A stretch of DNA of 64,000 bases from an uncultured Verrucomicrobiae bacterium (GCA_963815455.1 CAWFGO010000002.1:256001-320000); one strand, 5' to 3'; counted from the stretch's first letter, positions 30,764 to 41,821 are shown. The notes: generated from the sequence alone by a model not told the origin. A program made the numbers and translations.

Positions 30764-32266
30764 GCGAGAAGATCGACAATCAGAAACAGGCCGGATTGGT
30801 TCGCGCGCTGGGGCCGCTGGACGCGACGATGATTGTGATGGGCTCGATGATCGGGTCGGGAATTTTCATCACTTCGGCGGAATCGGCCCGATTGATTGGC
30901 GCACCCGGGTGGTTGCTGCTGGCCTGGGCGGTGGCGGGTTTGATGACAATCACCGGCGCGCTCTGTTGCTCGGAACTGGCGACGATGATGCCGCGCGCCG
31001 GCGGCGTTTATGTTTTCCTCCGGGAAGCGTACGGCCCGGCGATCGGATTTTTGTTCGGCTGGACGCTGTTTCTTGTCATTCAGACGGGGACGATCGCCGC
31101 GGTGGCAATCGCTTTCGCAAAATTTCTCGGCGTTTTCGCTCTGGCAGTCGGGCCGGAAAATTATCTGATCAAACCAATCGCACTGGGGAGTCACTACGCG
31201 ATCAGTTTATCGACCGAGCAATTGGTCGCGATCGCGGTAATCGCGCTGTTGACCTGGACCAACACGCGCGGACTCGAAGTCGGCAAAATTGTTCAGAACA
31301 CATTTACTTTTGCAAAGACCGCGGCGTTGGCGGCCGTCGTGGTGCTCGGGTTGTCGCTGGGTTGGAACGCGGGCAGCGCCGCGCGATCGTCCGACTGGTG
31401 GAACTCGTGGGCGAATGGCTGGAGTCCGCAGGTTGCCCAGCCAGGCTTTGGTATTGTGGGCGGGCTGGCATTGGCGCTTCTTTTTGGAAAGGCAATGGTG
31501 GGCCCGTTGTTCGCGCAAACGGCCTGGACCAATGTCACCTTTATCGGGAGCGAGATCCGCGACCCGGGTCGGAACCTTGTACGCGCGCTGCTGGGTGGCT
31601 GCGGAATCGTGGTGGTCTTGTATGTGCTGGCCAATCTCGCTTACGTCGCGACGTTGCCATTGTCGGAAATCGAGCACGCGCCGCAAAACCGGGTCGCGGT
31701 CGCGGTGATGAATTCCCTGTTTGGCCGCCCCGGGGCGATGTGCATGGCCGCGGCGATCATGATTTCCACGTTCGGTTGCAACAACGGGCTGATCCTGGCC
31801 GGCGCGCGCGTCTATTATGCGATGGCGCGCGATCGCCTGTTTTTCCGCCGCATCGGCACGACCAACGCGCAACACGTCCCGGCCGCAGCTTTGGTGGCGC
31901 AGGGAATCTGGACGGCGTTTTTGACTTTGCCGCGGACAATGACTACCGATGCCGCGACCGGCGCGATCAGTTACGGAAACGTTTATACCCAGTTGCTCGA
32001 ATACATCGTCTCGGCTGATCTGATTTTTTATGTGCTGTTGGTCGCAGCGGTAATGGTTCTTCAGGAAAAACTCGCCGGGCGCGGAACGGCCTTATCGAAC
32101 ATGGGGCTATCCAATCGTCCCGATAATCTCCATCGCGCTGGCGGCAGCCTTGATTGTCGATCTTGCCTGGCTCGCTCCGGCGACCTCGGGAATCGGAATC
32201 GTCATTGTGCTGACTGGCCTGCCGATTTATCTCATTTGGCGACTTCGGGCAGAGCCCGGCCGTTAA
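30760..32266 (+). CDS. APC-family amino acid permease; one frameshift near 32060
   Basis: GSMIGSGIF, ELATMMPRAGGVY, ARVYYAMARD; shifted frame resumes RKNSPGAERPYRTWGYP to TAA at 32264-32266. Confidence 0.88.
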
Positions 32267-33357
32267 CGGCTGCGGCCCTTGGCTTCGACGCGATTAAATT
32301 TTCCGCTCGTGCGAGCGGCGAGATTCATCAGCATCATACGTTCATCTGCTTTTTCCTTGCCGGTGACGTAATAAATCACGTGGATGCGGGCGCGCTTGGG
32401 CAAAGTTTTCTGACCGGCTTCCATCACCTTGAAAATATCCTCGGGCGGAATCGGCGCCAGACCGCCGCCGGGTTGCGAGGCTGTGGCATTGCCGTCAGTG
32501 ATCATGTAAATAACTTCGGGCTTCAGCGAGAACGCTTCTTCGAGCGCGTAATCGTGGCGCGTGCCTCCGGGTCGCCCCTTGTTCGGTCTGGCCTTCTTGT
32601 AGTCGACTTCGTTTTGGATGTGTTCGATGGCTGCTTTCTTGTTCTCCTCTGTCGCCGGAACCAGCTGCGGTTTCCACGAATAAGCGCCGCCCGACCACCG
32701 CACGATGCCGAAGTTCACCGCCGGACTCAGGCTCTGGATCAGCTTGATCGCTTCATCGCGCACCGTCTGGAAATTCTGTTCTTTGCCATGCAGCTCCAAT
32801 CCTTTGCCGTATTCCGCGTCGCCGGTGCGAGTGAACATCGAGTCGGAAACATCGATCATGATGACGATATTGCTGCTCACATCCTTGATGCCAAAAAAGT
32901 TGATCGATGCTCCACTTCCGGTACCGCCGGCCGAGGCCATCGCCCCCGCAGCCGAGAAACCGGGATTCTGTCCCGCGGCGGCCATCACTGGTGCTTGCGA
33001 AGCAGGATCGACAGGAAGCGCTGGCAACGGTGGCAACTGAACTTTCGACTGGCCGGTCGAGAGCACGCGTTTGGGCACGGCCGGCGGCGCGTTGCTGCTC
33101 TGTAGTTTCTGTTGGACCTGCACGCGATGCTCCAACGCGCGCTCGGCGGGATTCGGCGACTTCGGCCCCGCGGCGAAAGTGAGCTTGCGTCCGGCTACAT
33201 ATTTCGAAACCACCCAGAATGTCGCGCCGAGTCCAAACAACAAATGCACACCGATACTGATCAGCAGAACCCGGCGGCTCATTCGCTTCAACGGTTTGCC
33301 GGGATGCACCGGAGGAGATTCCAATTCGACTGCCACGCGCCAATTTAATCTCGCCAT
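32263..33357 (-). CDS. Membrane-anchored vWA-domain protein; start uncertain
   Basis: LISIGVHLL TM, Pro-rich linker, INFFGI, IDVSDSM MIDAS motif, GGT, ITDG. Confidence 0.75.
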   Translation of the reverse strand: MARLNWRVAVELESPPVHPGKPLKRMSRRVLLISIGVHLLFGLGATFWVVSKYVAGRKLTFAAGPKSPNPAERALEHRVQVQQKLQSSNAPPAVPKRVLSTGQSKVQLPPLPALPVDPASQAPVMAAAGQNPGFSAAGAMASAGGTGSGASINFFGIKDVSSNIVIMIDVSDSMFTRTGDAEYGKGLELHGKEQNFQTVRDEAIKLIQSLSPAVNFGIVRWSGGAYSWKPQLVPATEENKKAAIEHIQNEVDYKKARPNKGRPGGTRHDYALEEAFSLKPEVIYMITDGNATASQPGGGLAPIPPEDIFKVMEAGQKTLPKRARIHVIYYVTGKEKADERMMLMNLAARTSGKFNRVEAKGRSR

Positions 33358-33426
33358 ATAGTTTTGCACGAGCACGGAATTTACGTGTGACAAAACCGGA
33401 GCGCTGGTCAGAAACGAAGTATTGGT

Positions 33427-33618
33427 ATGCCTGCAAAATCCAAGAAACAGCAAATGGCCGCCGGGGCGGCGCTCGCTGCCAAGCGCAAGAAACGCTCCAA
33501 GTCTTCGCTCAAGGGCGCTTCGCGGGGAATGTACGAATCGATGAGCAAAAAAGAATTGCGAAAAATGGCCAAGACCAAGCGTAAGGGCAAGCCGACCAGA
33601 AAACGCAAAAAGAAATAA
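33427..33618 (+). CDS. DUF3008-family small basic protein
   Basis: MPAKSKKQQMAAGAALAAKR...LKGASRGMYESM...ELRKMA.TKRKG.P. Confidence 0.85.
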   Translation: MPAKSKKQQMAAGAALAAKRKKRSKSSLKGASRGMYESMSKKELRKMAKTKRKGKPTRKRKKK

Positions 33619-33691
33619 CGGCTGCGGCGACAGGCAATCGGCGCTGATCATTTAGGGTAGCTTTTGCCCGTTCATGCGATAAAACGACGGC

Positions 33692-34486
33692 ATGAGCGAT
33701 CACGTCTCTCCGCCACCGCCACCGGCTTCGTCTCCGCCCCCGATCCCCCCGTCTGGCCATCCACCCACCGCGCCCAGCGCGATCTGCAGCTTTGTTCTTG
33801 GAATTTTCCTGTGCGGCGGGTTGTTCACCGCAATTCCTGCCATCATTTGCGGGCATGTGGGCCGAGGCACGATTCGTCGATCGAATGGCGCGGTTAGCGG
33901 AATGGGCCTGGCTACTGCCGGTTTGGTCCTTGGATATGTCGCGCTCGTGCTAAATCTGATGTTGATCCCCGCAATACTCATTCCCGCGATCGTCAAAGCC
34001 CGTCACGAAGTGCGCGAGCATCGACATCGCTCCAGCATCGACACCAAAGAGGTTGCCTCAGCCTATGGAAAAGCCCGCCTAACCGTTCCGAGTGACTGGA
34101 ACGAGCTAAGAGATTTGAACGATGCAGCCGAACTTCAAACGGGCAACAAGGCGAGCGAACAATACGTTATCGTTCTGTCCGAAAATAAGTCGGATCTCTC
34201 CAATCTCACCCTTCAAAAACATCATCAGCTCACTCGCGACGCGATGTTAGAGAAAATGGGCAATTCTTCCGCCAGCAAAACGGTCGATCTTATTATCGGC
34301 GGACGACCCGCGCTTCAGGATGAAATCAGCGGCACGCAGGAGGGAACCAACATCGTTTTCCTTCATACGACGATCGAGAGCGACGACGGCTATCATCAGG
34401 TGCTGGCCTGGACGACCAAGTCACGGTGGGAACAATACAAGGACAGACTCGAGGAAGTGACCCGCTCTTTCCGCAGCGAAAAATAG
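33692..34486 (+). CDS. DUF4190-domain membrane protein
   Basis: Pro-rich N terminus; AICSFVLGI...AIPAIICGH...G.GLATAGLVLGY. Confidence 0.8.
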   Translation: MSDHVSPPPPPASSPPPIPPSGHPPTAPSAICSFVLGIFLCGGLFTAIPAIICGHVGRGTIRRSNGAVSGMGLATAGLVLGYVALVLNLMLIPAILIPAIVKARHEVREHRHRSSIDTKEVASAYGKARLTVPSDWNELRDLNDAAELQTGNKASEQYVIVLSENKSDLSNLTLQKHHQLTRDAMLEKMGNSSASKTVDLIIGGRPALQDEISGTQEGTNIVFLHTTIESDDGYHQVLAWTTKSRWEQYKDRLEEVTRSFRSEK

Positions 34487-34550
34487 AAAGTCGCGGGCCG
34501 GGCAAATTTTGGCCAGCGCATCGAACCGGTGTCGCACGAATTGATATTGT

Positions 34551-35000
34551 ATGAAGGATCAAAAAATGAGCCGCGAACGGATGGTTGAATTACTCAACGA
34601 AGATTTGGCTCGGGAGTATCAAGCTATCATCGCATACGTGATTTATAGCCAGACCATGAAAGGCGCGGAATACAATCACATCGCCCAGGAACTCGAAACA
34701 CACGCCGGAGAGGAACTCCAGCACGCCATCAAAATCGCCAAACAGATCGATTACTTCAATGGCATGCCCACCAATAAGCCGAGGGAAGTCAAGATGTCCG
34801 ACAAGGCAAAAGACATGCTCAAATTCGACCTGGAAAACGAGCGGCAAACGCTGATCAACTATCGCCAACGTGTCCGCCAGGCTGACGAAATGGGCGAATA
34901 CGCGTTGGGCGAAGTCTTGCGCGAAATCATCGCCCAGGAGCAGGAGCACCTTCAGGATTTGGCCGATGCTCTCGGGATCGATACGCCCAAGATCGAATAG
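34551..35000 (+). CDS. Ferritin-like/bacterioferritin protein
   Basis: LNEDLAREYQAIIAY, EELQHA, DLENE, EQEH di-iron ligands. Confidence 0.88.
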   Translation: MKDQKMSRERMVELLNEDLAREYQAIIAYVIYSQTMKGAEYNHIAQELETHAGEELQHAIKIAKQIDYFNGMPTNKPREVKMSDKAKDMLKFDLENERQTLINYRQRVRQADEMGEYALGEVLREIIAQEQEHLQDLADALGIDTPKIE

Positions 35001-35050
35001 TGAAATGTTTGATGTTTGCCGCGCCATGTTTGATGTAGTCAGACATAGGC

Positions 35051-35788
35051 ATGCATCGTTTTTACATCGCGCCTGAAAACTGGAATCCGGACGCGCTGTC
35101 CCTGCGCGGAACCGAGGCGCATCACGCCCGGGATGTGTTACGGCTGAAGACCGATGACAGACTCGTTGTATTCAACGGGCGCGGCCGCGAGATCACGGCA
35201 GCGGTCACCAACGTTGCCAGAGGCGAAATTCTGCTGCGGAAACTAAATGAAACCGAAACCCCGCCGCTTCGTTGCTCTATTGTTCTGGGCCAGGCGATTC
35301 CAAAAGGCAAGAACATGGAACTGATCGTGCAGAAAGCGGTCGAGATCGGCGCCGCGGAAATTTTCCCGATCATATCCGAGCGAACGATTGTCGATCTTGA
35401 TTTCGCCGCCGCCGAGCAGAAACAGTCCAAATGGCAGACGATTGCGATCGAGGCGGCCAAGCAATGCGGACAAAACTGGCTGCCGCAGGTTCACGCGCCG
35501 CAGAAGCTCAAGGATTTTTTCGGGCACGCTCGGCCATTCGATCTTCGCTTGATCGGCTCGCTTCAACCCGGGGCGCTGCATTTGAAAACAATTATCGCCG
35601 ATTCCTCAGGCGAACGGCGTCCCGAAAGCGTCCTCATGCTCGTCGGTCCGGAAGGCGATTTCACGCCGGCGGAGCTGGCCCTGGCCCGCAGTCACGGTTG
35701 CCTGCCGATCACGCTTGGCCCGATCGTTCTTCGGGTCGAGACCGCCGCGATCTATTGCCTGAGCGTGCTCTCCTACGAGTTGTTCTGA
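35051..35788 (+). CDS. rsmE: 16S rRNA m3U1498 methyltransferase
   Basis: HH..VLR, QKAVEIG, EAAKQCG, VGPEGDF, LGPIVLRVETA. Confidence 0.95.
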   Translation: MHRFYIAPENWNPDALSLRGTEAHHARDVLRLKTDDRLVVFNGRGREITAAVTNVARGEILLRKLNETETPPLRCSIVLGQAIPKGKNMELIVQKAVEIGAAEIFPIISERTIVDLDFAAAEQKQSKWQTIAIEAAKQCGQNWLPQVHAPQKLKDFFGHARPFDLRLIGSLQPGALHLKTIIADSSGERRPESVLMLVGPEGDFTPAELALARSHGCLPITLGPIVLRVETAAIYCLSVLSYELF

Positions 35789-35888
35789 ACTTTTTTGCGC
35801 CGCTTCACCTTCGACAGGATTGCGTACAAAAACGAACCGCGACTGCGAATTGAAACCGCAGCGCGGTCCGTAACTAACTTTCGCCGAT

Positions 35889-36077
35889 TTACGTCACGGG
35901 CGGTCCTTGAGGCGGATCGATCGTTCCGCCGCCGCCTTTGGTAGCGCCGCCGCCCTTGGTATCGCCGCCGCCTTTCATATCACCCGCGACGGCTCTCCGA
36001 CCACCTGTTACATCCTTTTCCGCAGGCAAATCGCGGAATGGTTTTTCCGTTCTCTCTTCTTTGTTTTCTTCGCTCAT
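35889..36077 (-). CDS. Small peptide with double-glycine-type leader and KGGG repeats
   Basis: AAAGGA RBS upstream of the ATG; FRDLPAEKDVTGG then (KGGG)x3. Confidence 0.6.
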   Translation of the reverse strand: MSEENKEERTEKPFRDLPAEKDVTGGRRAVAGDMKGGGDTKGGGATKGGGGTIDPPQGPPVT

Positions 36078-36261
36078 GTTTATTTTTCCTTTCGGTTCTC
36101 ATTGCATGGTTTCACGCAATCAATGCTTTTCTAACCAATCGCATCCCGCATGGCGAGCCTTTTTTTTGACACGTTTGTTTTCCTCCATCCCCGGCCGCGC
36201 ACCGCTCAGCGCATTTTTTTATGGCGCAACGTTTTGCCTTGCCGGTTAATGATTTTGCACA

Positions 36262-37044
36262 TTGAAAGCCTCTTCCATACTTGCCCTCCTCGCTTTGGGG
36301 TGCCTATGGGCCGGATGCAGGCCGCCGAAGAACCGTGTACTCGAACAAACAATCGAACAAACCTACCCCATCGATCCGGCGGCAAACATCAGCATCCGTA
36401 ATGGAGATGGATCGATTCGCGTTTTGGGTTCGGACACCCGAGAGCTGAAATTGGAGGCAATCAAAAAGGCCTATTCCAGGAAGCAGCTCGACAAAATAAC
36501 GATCAGAGTTTCCGCGCAGCCGGCTTCCATCGCTGTCGAAACAATCTTTCCACCGAAGGCGGATTGGGATCTTTCCGATCGCTCCGGCACAGTCGATTAC
36601 ACTCTGCTCGTGCCGCAGACGGCCACGATCGCGCGCGTGGAGTCATCGAATGGCATCATCACAATCGAAGGAATGCAGGGAGCCCGCACGCACGCCCGGC
36701 TCGAAAATGGACGGCTCTTGGTCCGAAACAGTTTTGGCAATCTTAATGTGACCGTCGGCCGCGGCGTATTGACCTTGATCTACGATCGGTGGCAACGGAA
36801 CGCATTTTCTGTCGATGCGACGATTACGCATGGAAACGCGGCGGTTTTCATTCCCGGCGATGCGCCGTTCCATCTCGTGGCCGAATCAGGAACCGGAAAA
36901 ATCAGCAACGACTTTGCCGGGACAGACGAGCGCGACAGCGATGAGACGAAAAAGATCGACAGGGTCATCGGCCAGGGTGCGACGGCCACGATCGGGATTC
37001 ACGCAATCGATGGAAATATTCAGATCTCCGAGCAGAATCCTTGA
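36262..37044 (+). CDS. DUF4097-like beta-strand repeat lipoprotein
   Basis: WAGC lipobox; repeated NGDGSI/SSNGII/SGTGKI/AIDGNI motifs. Confidence 0.75.
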   Translation: MKASSILALLALGCLWAGCRPPKNRVLEQTIEQTYPIDPAANISIRNGDGSIRVLGSDTRELKLEAIKKAYSRKQLDKITIRVSAQPASIAVETIFPPKADWDLSDRSGTVDYTLLVPQTATIARVESSNGIITIEGMQGARTHARLENGRLLVRNSFGNLNVTVGRGVLTLIYDRWQRNAFSVDATITHGNAAVFIPGDAPFHLVAESGTGKISNDFAGTDERDSDETKKIDRVIGQGATATIGIHAIDGNIQISEQNP

Positions 37045-37086
37045 TTGATCAATCGACCATCGACATTCTAAGATCCGAAAAATCAG

Positions 37087-37572
37087 ATGCCCTCATTCGA
37101 TATTGTTTCCGAAGTGGACAAACAGGAGCTGGACAACGCCCTGAATCAGGCGCGCAAAGAGCTGGCTGCGCGTTTCGATTTCAAAGGCGCGCAGACGGAA
37201 ATCATTCACGAAAAAGAAAAGATCATTTTGACTGCCGATGACGCGTCGCACTTGAAAGGCTTGCGCGAAATTGTCATTGGAAAGTTCTCCAAGCGCGGTG
37301 TCGATCTTCGCAACATCGAGCAGGTCGACCCAGAGATTTCATCGATGGGGCATGCCCGGCAGGAATTGAAAATTCGGCAGGGACTCGAGGGCAATAAAGC
37401 GAAGGAGATTATTCAGGCGATCAAAGCGGAGGGATTCAAGGTCCAGAGCCAGTTGCAGGACATGCAAATCCGCGTCAGCGGAAAAAAGAGGGACGACTTG
37501 CAGGCGGTGATTCAATTTGTGAAGAGCAAAGATTTCGGCGTGGCAACGTATTTCAAGAATTTCCGGGACTGA
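37087..37572 (+). CDS. yajQ: YajQ family nucleotide/c-di-GMP-binding protein
   Basis: MPSFDIVSEVD, RFDFKG, RVSGKKRDDLQ, NFRD. Confidence 0.95.
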   Translation: MPSFDIVSEVDKQELDNALNQARKELAARFDFKGAQTEIIHEKEKIILTADDASHLKGLREIVIGKFSKRGVDLRNIEQVDPEISSMGHARQELKIRQGLEGNKAKEIIQAIKAEGFKVQSQLQDMQIRVSGKKRDDLQAVIQFVKSKDFGVATYFKNFRD

Positions 37573-37590
37573 AATCAACGAGAGGCCGAG

Positions 37591-37655
37591 TGGAGAGACG
37601 AGCTCCGTCTCGACGGCATTATATTGGGACGGCAACGGGAGCGCCGATCCCTCCA
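37591..37655. repeat. TGGAG...CTCCA REP pair between convergent genes
   Basis: Inverted ends with internal hairpins. Confidence 0.55.
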
Positions 37656-37663
37656 TGATGGCC

Positions 37664-37909
37664 TTATCCGCCTTGCACAGGCGGCATGATTGCGATCTCG
37701 TCGCTGTCGCGGAGTTTGTAATCACGGCCGACAAATTCCAGGCCCACTCCGGTCAGGATCGTCTTGTCGTGGACGCGCAACGCCGGCGTTTGGGCGTAGA
37801 TCTGTTGGAGCAAATGGCGAACGGTTGATTCTTCGGCAACATCGACATCGCGCTCGCTGGTCCCGGCCAGGTCGCGGAGTTGCGCGTAAAACTGCACTCG
37901 AATTTTCAT
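37664..37909 (-). CDS. MoaD/ThiS sulfur-carrier protein
   Basis: VQFYAQLRDLAG; C-terminal PPVQGG. Confidence 0.9.
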   Translation of the reverse strand: MKIRVQFYAQLRDLAGTSERDVDVAEESTVRHLLQQIYAQTPALRVHDKTILTGVGLEFVGRDYKLRDSDEIAIMPPVQGG

Positions 37910-37931
37910 CAAACGCTCAGAGGCTCTCGCC

Positions 37932-38609
37932 TCACGAGCGGCGGCGACGCAACCAGAGCAATGGGCCAAAGAGCGTCAGTAACACGAAAGACGAGGGTTC
38001 GGGAACCACTGCGTAAGTGATCGAGCCGGTTAAACCCCGAGGGGCAAACCACGATCCCGTCGGAGTAAACGGGACGGAGCGCGAATCGCCGGTAGTCAGG
38101 GTAAGATTCGAATCCGAAAACATTTGATAAGGACCGCTGCCGGTGCCGAAATATCGCGGACCGGCGCCGGTAAATAGCACCGCCACACCAACCGTGGCAA
38201 AAGGATCGACATTGATCGCCGGAATATCAATCGGCAGCGAGATTCCACTCGAGGTTGGGCCTTGCGTCGCCATTGCAGTACCGAGCGAGGTCCAGCCATC
38301 CGGTGAACTGCCCGGTCCGCCGGTCACTGGCCCGCCTAACGCGGTACCGGTGCGCGTAAAGATCTCGATCGAGAAAGGCGCATTTGCCGCGGCGGTGCTT
38401 GCCGTCGTCATGCTGGTCACCGACACGGGCATCGTGTTCGCGGTCAGGTCGAAGAAAATGGCCCAGCCCGGCGAGCCGCCGTTGTTTGCCGTGGCATTTG
38501 CATTAATGATGTCCGCCGAGGCCGGCGACTGGCACAGGATTAGCGCAAACAGGAAAAGGACCGCGCGAGCGGTCCCCGAAAATCCGAAGGACGAAAGCTT
38601 CGCACTCAT
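37932..38609 (-). CDS. PEP-CTERM sorting-domain surface protein
   Basis: Signal peptide; C-terminal VPEPSS + TM + RRRR. Confidence 0.88.
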   Translation of the reverse strand: MSAKLSSFGFSGTARAVLFLFALILCQSPASADIINANATANNGGSPGWAIFFDLTANTMPVSVTSMTTASTAAANAPFSIEIFTRTGTALGGPVTGGPGSSPDGWTSLGTAMATQGPTSSGISLPIDIPAINVDPFATVGVAVLFTGAGPRYFGTGSGPYQMFSDSNLTLTTGDSRSVPFTPTGSWFAPRGLTGSITYAVVPEPSSFVLLTLFGPLLWLRRRRS

Positions 38610-38723
38610 AGACAGATCACACTAGCCTCCAAATCAAAAGTCAACAAAAAAATCGAATCTGTTATCCAGCTGAAAATCTGATCGAAAAATGGAATGACTG
38701 GGGCCCATCGCGGCGATCGCGCT

Positions 38724-39272
38724 TCATCCCATCGATTGCGCGATCAGATCTTTTCGCAGGACGCCGATGTAAGGAAGGTTGCGATACTGCTCCATAAAAT
38801 CGAGCCCGTAACCGACTACGAATTCGTCCTCGATCTCGAATCCGATGTAATCCGCGTCTACTCGGCGTTCGCGCTGCTTCTTTTTACTGAGCAAGACACA
38901 GACGCGAATGCTTTGCGGACCGACCGCTTCCAGTTTTTCTCGAATGGCGGCGAGAGTATGGCCGCTATCGAGGATGTCGTCGAGGATGAGAATATGCCGG
39001 TCTTTCACATCCGGGAGCGCGACCTGCTTGAAAATCACTTCACCGGTGGTCTGCGTTTTTCCGTGATAACTCGCCACCGCGAGAAAATCGAGTTTCAACG
39101 GCAGCGGAATCCGGCGAAGCAAATCGGCCATGAACATCAGGCTTCCGGTCAGGACGGCGATGACCGTGAGCTCACGACCGCGATAATCCTTCGAAATCTG
39201 CGCGGCTAATTCATCCAGCCGGCTGAGAATCGTCGTCTCATGAAATAAAATGCGATCGAGATCGTCTTGCAT
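38724..39272 (-). CDS. hpt: Hypoxanthine phosphoribosyltransferase
   Basis: VLTGSLMFMADL, ILDDILDSGHTL, FVVGYGLD, YRNLPYIG. Confidence 0.95.
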   Translation of the reverse strand: MQDDLDRILFHETTILSRLDELAAQISKDYRGRELTVIAVLTGSLMFMADLLRRIPLPLKLDFLAVASYHGKTQTTGEVIFKQVALPDVKDRHILILDDILDSGHTLAAIREKLEAVGPQSIRVCVLLSKKKQRERRVDADYIGFEIEDEFVVGYGLDFMEQYRNLPYIGVLRKDLIAQSMG

Positions 39273-39354
39273 CGACAACTCACTACTCCATTGCTACACG
39301 AAAAGATCAACTCCTGGAGAGTCTCTGAGCTAATTTTGCAATCCAATCACATTC

Positions 39355-39771
39355 ATGCGCGTAAGACACGACACCCTCGAAATTGCGACCAAAGGCAAGG
39401 GCACGCACGAGATCACGGCCGAAATTCAAGAGAAGATCGACAAGGCGGGTGTGCGTAATGGAACCGTCACCGTGTTCGTTCAGCACACGAGTTGCAGCCT
39501 GACCACGATGGAAAATGCGGCGCCCGCGGCTCGACGCGATGTGGAACGATTTTTCGACAAACTTGTGCCCGAGGATGCGAACTACGAGCATGATGACGAA
39601 GGCCCGGACGACATGCCTTCGCACATTCGCATGGTGCTAACCCGGACCAGCGAAACCGTCCCGGTTGTCGATGGTAAAATGCAGCTTGGCACCTGGCAGG
39701 GAATTTTCTTGTTCGAGCATCGGCGCGCGCCGCACCGAAGGAAAATTTCCATTACGATCATCGGTGAATAA
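39355..39771 (+). CDS. yjbQ: YjbQ/UPF0047 family protein
   Basis: QHTSCSL..EN, EGPDDMPSH, LGTWQGIFLFEHR. Confidence 0.9.
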   Translation: MRVRHDTLEIATKGKGTHEITAEIQEKIDKAGVRNGTVTVFVQHTSCSLTTMENAAPAARRDVERFFDKLVPEDANYEHDDEGPDDMPSHIRMVLTRTSETVPVVDGKMQLGTWQGIFLFEHRRAPHRRKISITIIGE

Positions 39772-39772
39772 T

Positions 39773-39849
39773 CTGTAGCCATGGCCCTGTGGGCCGTCTC
39801 CGCCGAGCGAAGGTACCGGAAAAGACCGGCCACGGGCCGGTGGCTACAG
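39773..39849. repeat. GTAG-family REP pair between convergent genes
   Basis: CTGTAGCCA...TGGCTACAG. Confidence 0.8.
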
Positions 39850-41821
39850 CTATTGAATCACGAACGCCGCCGACGCCGTGGCGCTGTTGGTGTAACCGGT
39901 CCTAACGGCGATTGCCTTGATCACCGTCGTCGAGCCTCTGGTCTTTACTTTGATTGCCTTCTTGTAGCGCTTCGAGCTCGTCGTGGGATTACTTCCATCC
40001 TTGGTAAAGTAAATCTTTGCGCCCGACGTGGTCGTGCTGAGGCGAACGGTCACGTTTTTCGTGAAGGTCCCCCCGTTCGGCGAGATGATCGGGGTCGCGA
40101 CAATCGGCGGGGTTGGACTTGGAGTTGGTGTAGCAGTCGGGTTCGGAGTCGGGGTCGGAGTCGGAGTCGGAGTCGGAGTCGGGGTGGGGGTGTGGAGTGG
40201 GAGTAGGAGTGGGAGCTATGGTTGGCGTCGGAGTGGGAGTGGGCGAAGTGAAGAGGCCGAACACCCCCACCCCTTCCTTGGTCCCTACAAAGACCTTGCC
40301 GTTGGCAATTGTCGGCACGACAAACTTGTTGCCTGTGCCGAAGCGATCACGCCCGTTAGGCGCTTGTTCGCTGTTGTAAAGCTCGATCGCAAGGTTCGCT
40401 GCGTTGTACGCGCGCAACACCGCCGGCACTGTTGCGTTGGTGTGCTCGACCCAGACGATGCCGTTGGCAGTTCCATCGGCCGAAACGCTTGGCGTCGTGC
40501 CGGGGTAAGAAAAAACGACCGAACTTTGTGATGCCGGCGCGGCTTCCAGTCGCGCATCGACGAAACGAAATGCTTCTAGCCGATCGCCGTTGGCTCCGAT
40601 AAAGAGGGTGCCGTTAAAATAAGCCGGCGTCGCCCACATGCCGTGAGCGAGTGCCCCCGTCACGTCCTGATACAGATTCGCATTCGAAACCGCGCTAAAT
40701 TTTCCCATGTTATCGCGATCGGCGATATAAATATGAGCATCCTTTCCGGCCCCGACCGCGAGATGTCGGGTCGCGCCGGAGGCATCAGTCATGTCGGGGA
40801 GAACCACGAGACCGCCGGAACCAAGATCGAGATCCTGAGCTGTCTCGGAAGCGGTGTTGAACATCGTCCAATAATCCACCACCTGGAGTGAGTTGTTAGC
40901 GGTCGAGAGTTTCACGAAGCAATTGCCGAAGTCGGCGCGATTGGGAAATCCGTTCGCGTCGAGATTCGTTTCGAAAGTCCCGTCACCGGTAAGCGCGAAA
41001 ATATTGCCGGCGGCATCGACAGCCGGCGCGGCGCCCGCGCTCCAGATTGCGCCATGAGTGCCGTTCGGCGTGAGATTGAGGACGCGGACGCGGGCCAACG
41101 TGTTCTGGTCGTAACCGATTACCCAGCTGGTGTAAGGCCGGATATCGCAATGCGAAGCCCACGTCGTATAGATAATTCCGTTGCTCAGCAACAGCCCGGC
41201 GCGCTCCTTGTATTGTGCCGGGTCGAAAACAACATTTCCGCCTACGCTGTTGTCACCGGTCCCCGGATAGGTCGCGGCAACATCGATTGGCCCGCCGAGC
41301 TGCTCTGCGCCCGTAGCCAGGTCGAGAGCATGTAGCCGTTGGAAATAATTCGCGCCGTTCCGGCTTATCGCGACAACATAGATCGTTCCATGCTGCCCGA
41401 CGCCACGATCGATCACCGGCGTTCCCGTAATTCCGATTTCGGGAGTGATTTGCGACGGGCAACCGCGATTATCGGAGAGCGATTCGCCCGGCCCCAGGAG
41501 CGAGACCTGCCAGAGCACAGCGCCGTCGTCAGCGTCGCAGGCATAGACCGTGTCATGCTCGGTCGCGATGTAGACCACGTTATGGGTCCCCTTCCCGGGA
41601 ATGCCGAGATCGGAAACATACAGAGGCTGCGCATATACCTGACCGTCGGTCGGAATAACAAAAAGTTTTCCGAATTCACTGAAGTTAACGTTTGATGGCT
41701 TGAGGATCGTTTCGCTCAGGTTCTGCCCGGTCCGGGCGAGGTCGTTATGCCACGTAAGCACGTCCGTCGCGAAAGCTGGCCGCGCCAGAACCGCCGCGAC
41801 CAGAATCGGAATGAATTTCAT
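39850..41821 (-). CDS. Secreted PQQ-like beta-propeller protein with Pro-Thr linker and chitobiase/beta-hexosaminidase C-terminal-like domain; frameshift in the linker near 40190
   Basis: DVLTWHNDLARTGQN, DGQVYAQPLY, GITGTPVID, DLDLGSGG, KFVVPTIANGKVFVGT; other frame gives VATPIISPNGG...IYFTKDGSNPT. Confidence 0.8.

Noticed and set aside
30760..33105. 781-aa permease with a long novel C-terminal domain
   Set aside because: Frameshift read-through; the tail is antisense to the vWA gene and the real permease ending is in another frame.
36221..36240. Sigma54 promoter TGGCGC...TTGC
   Set aside because: GG-to-GC spacing is one base longer than the strict -24/-12 consensus.
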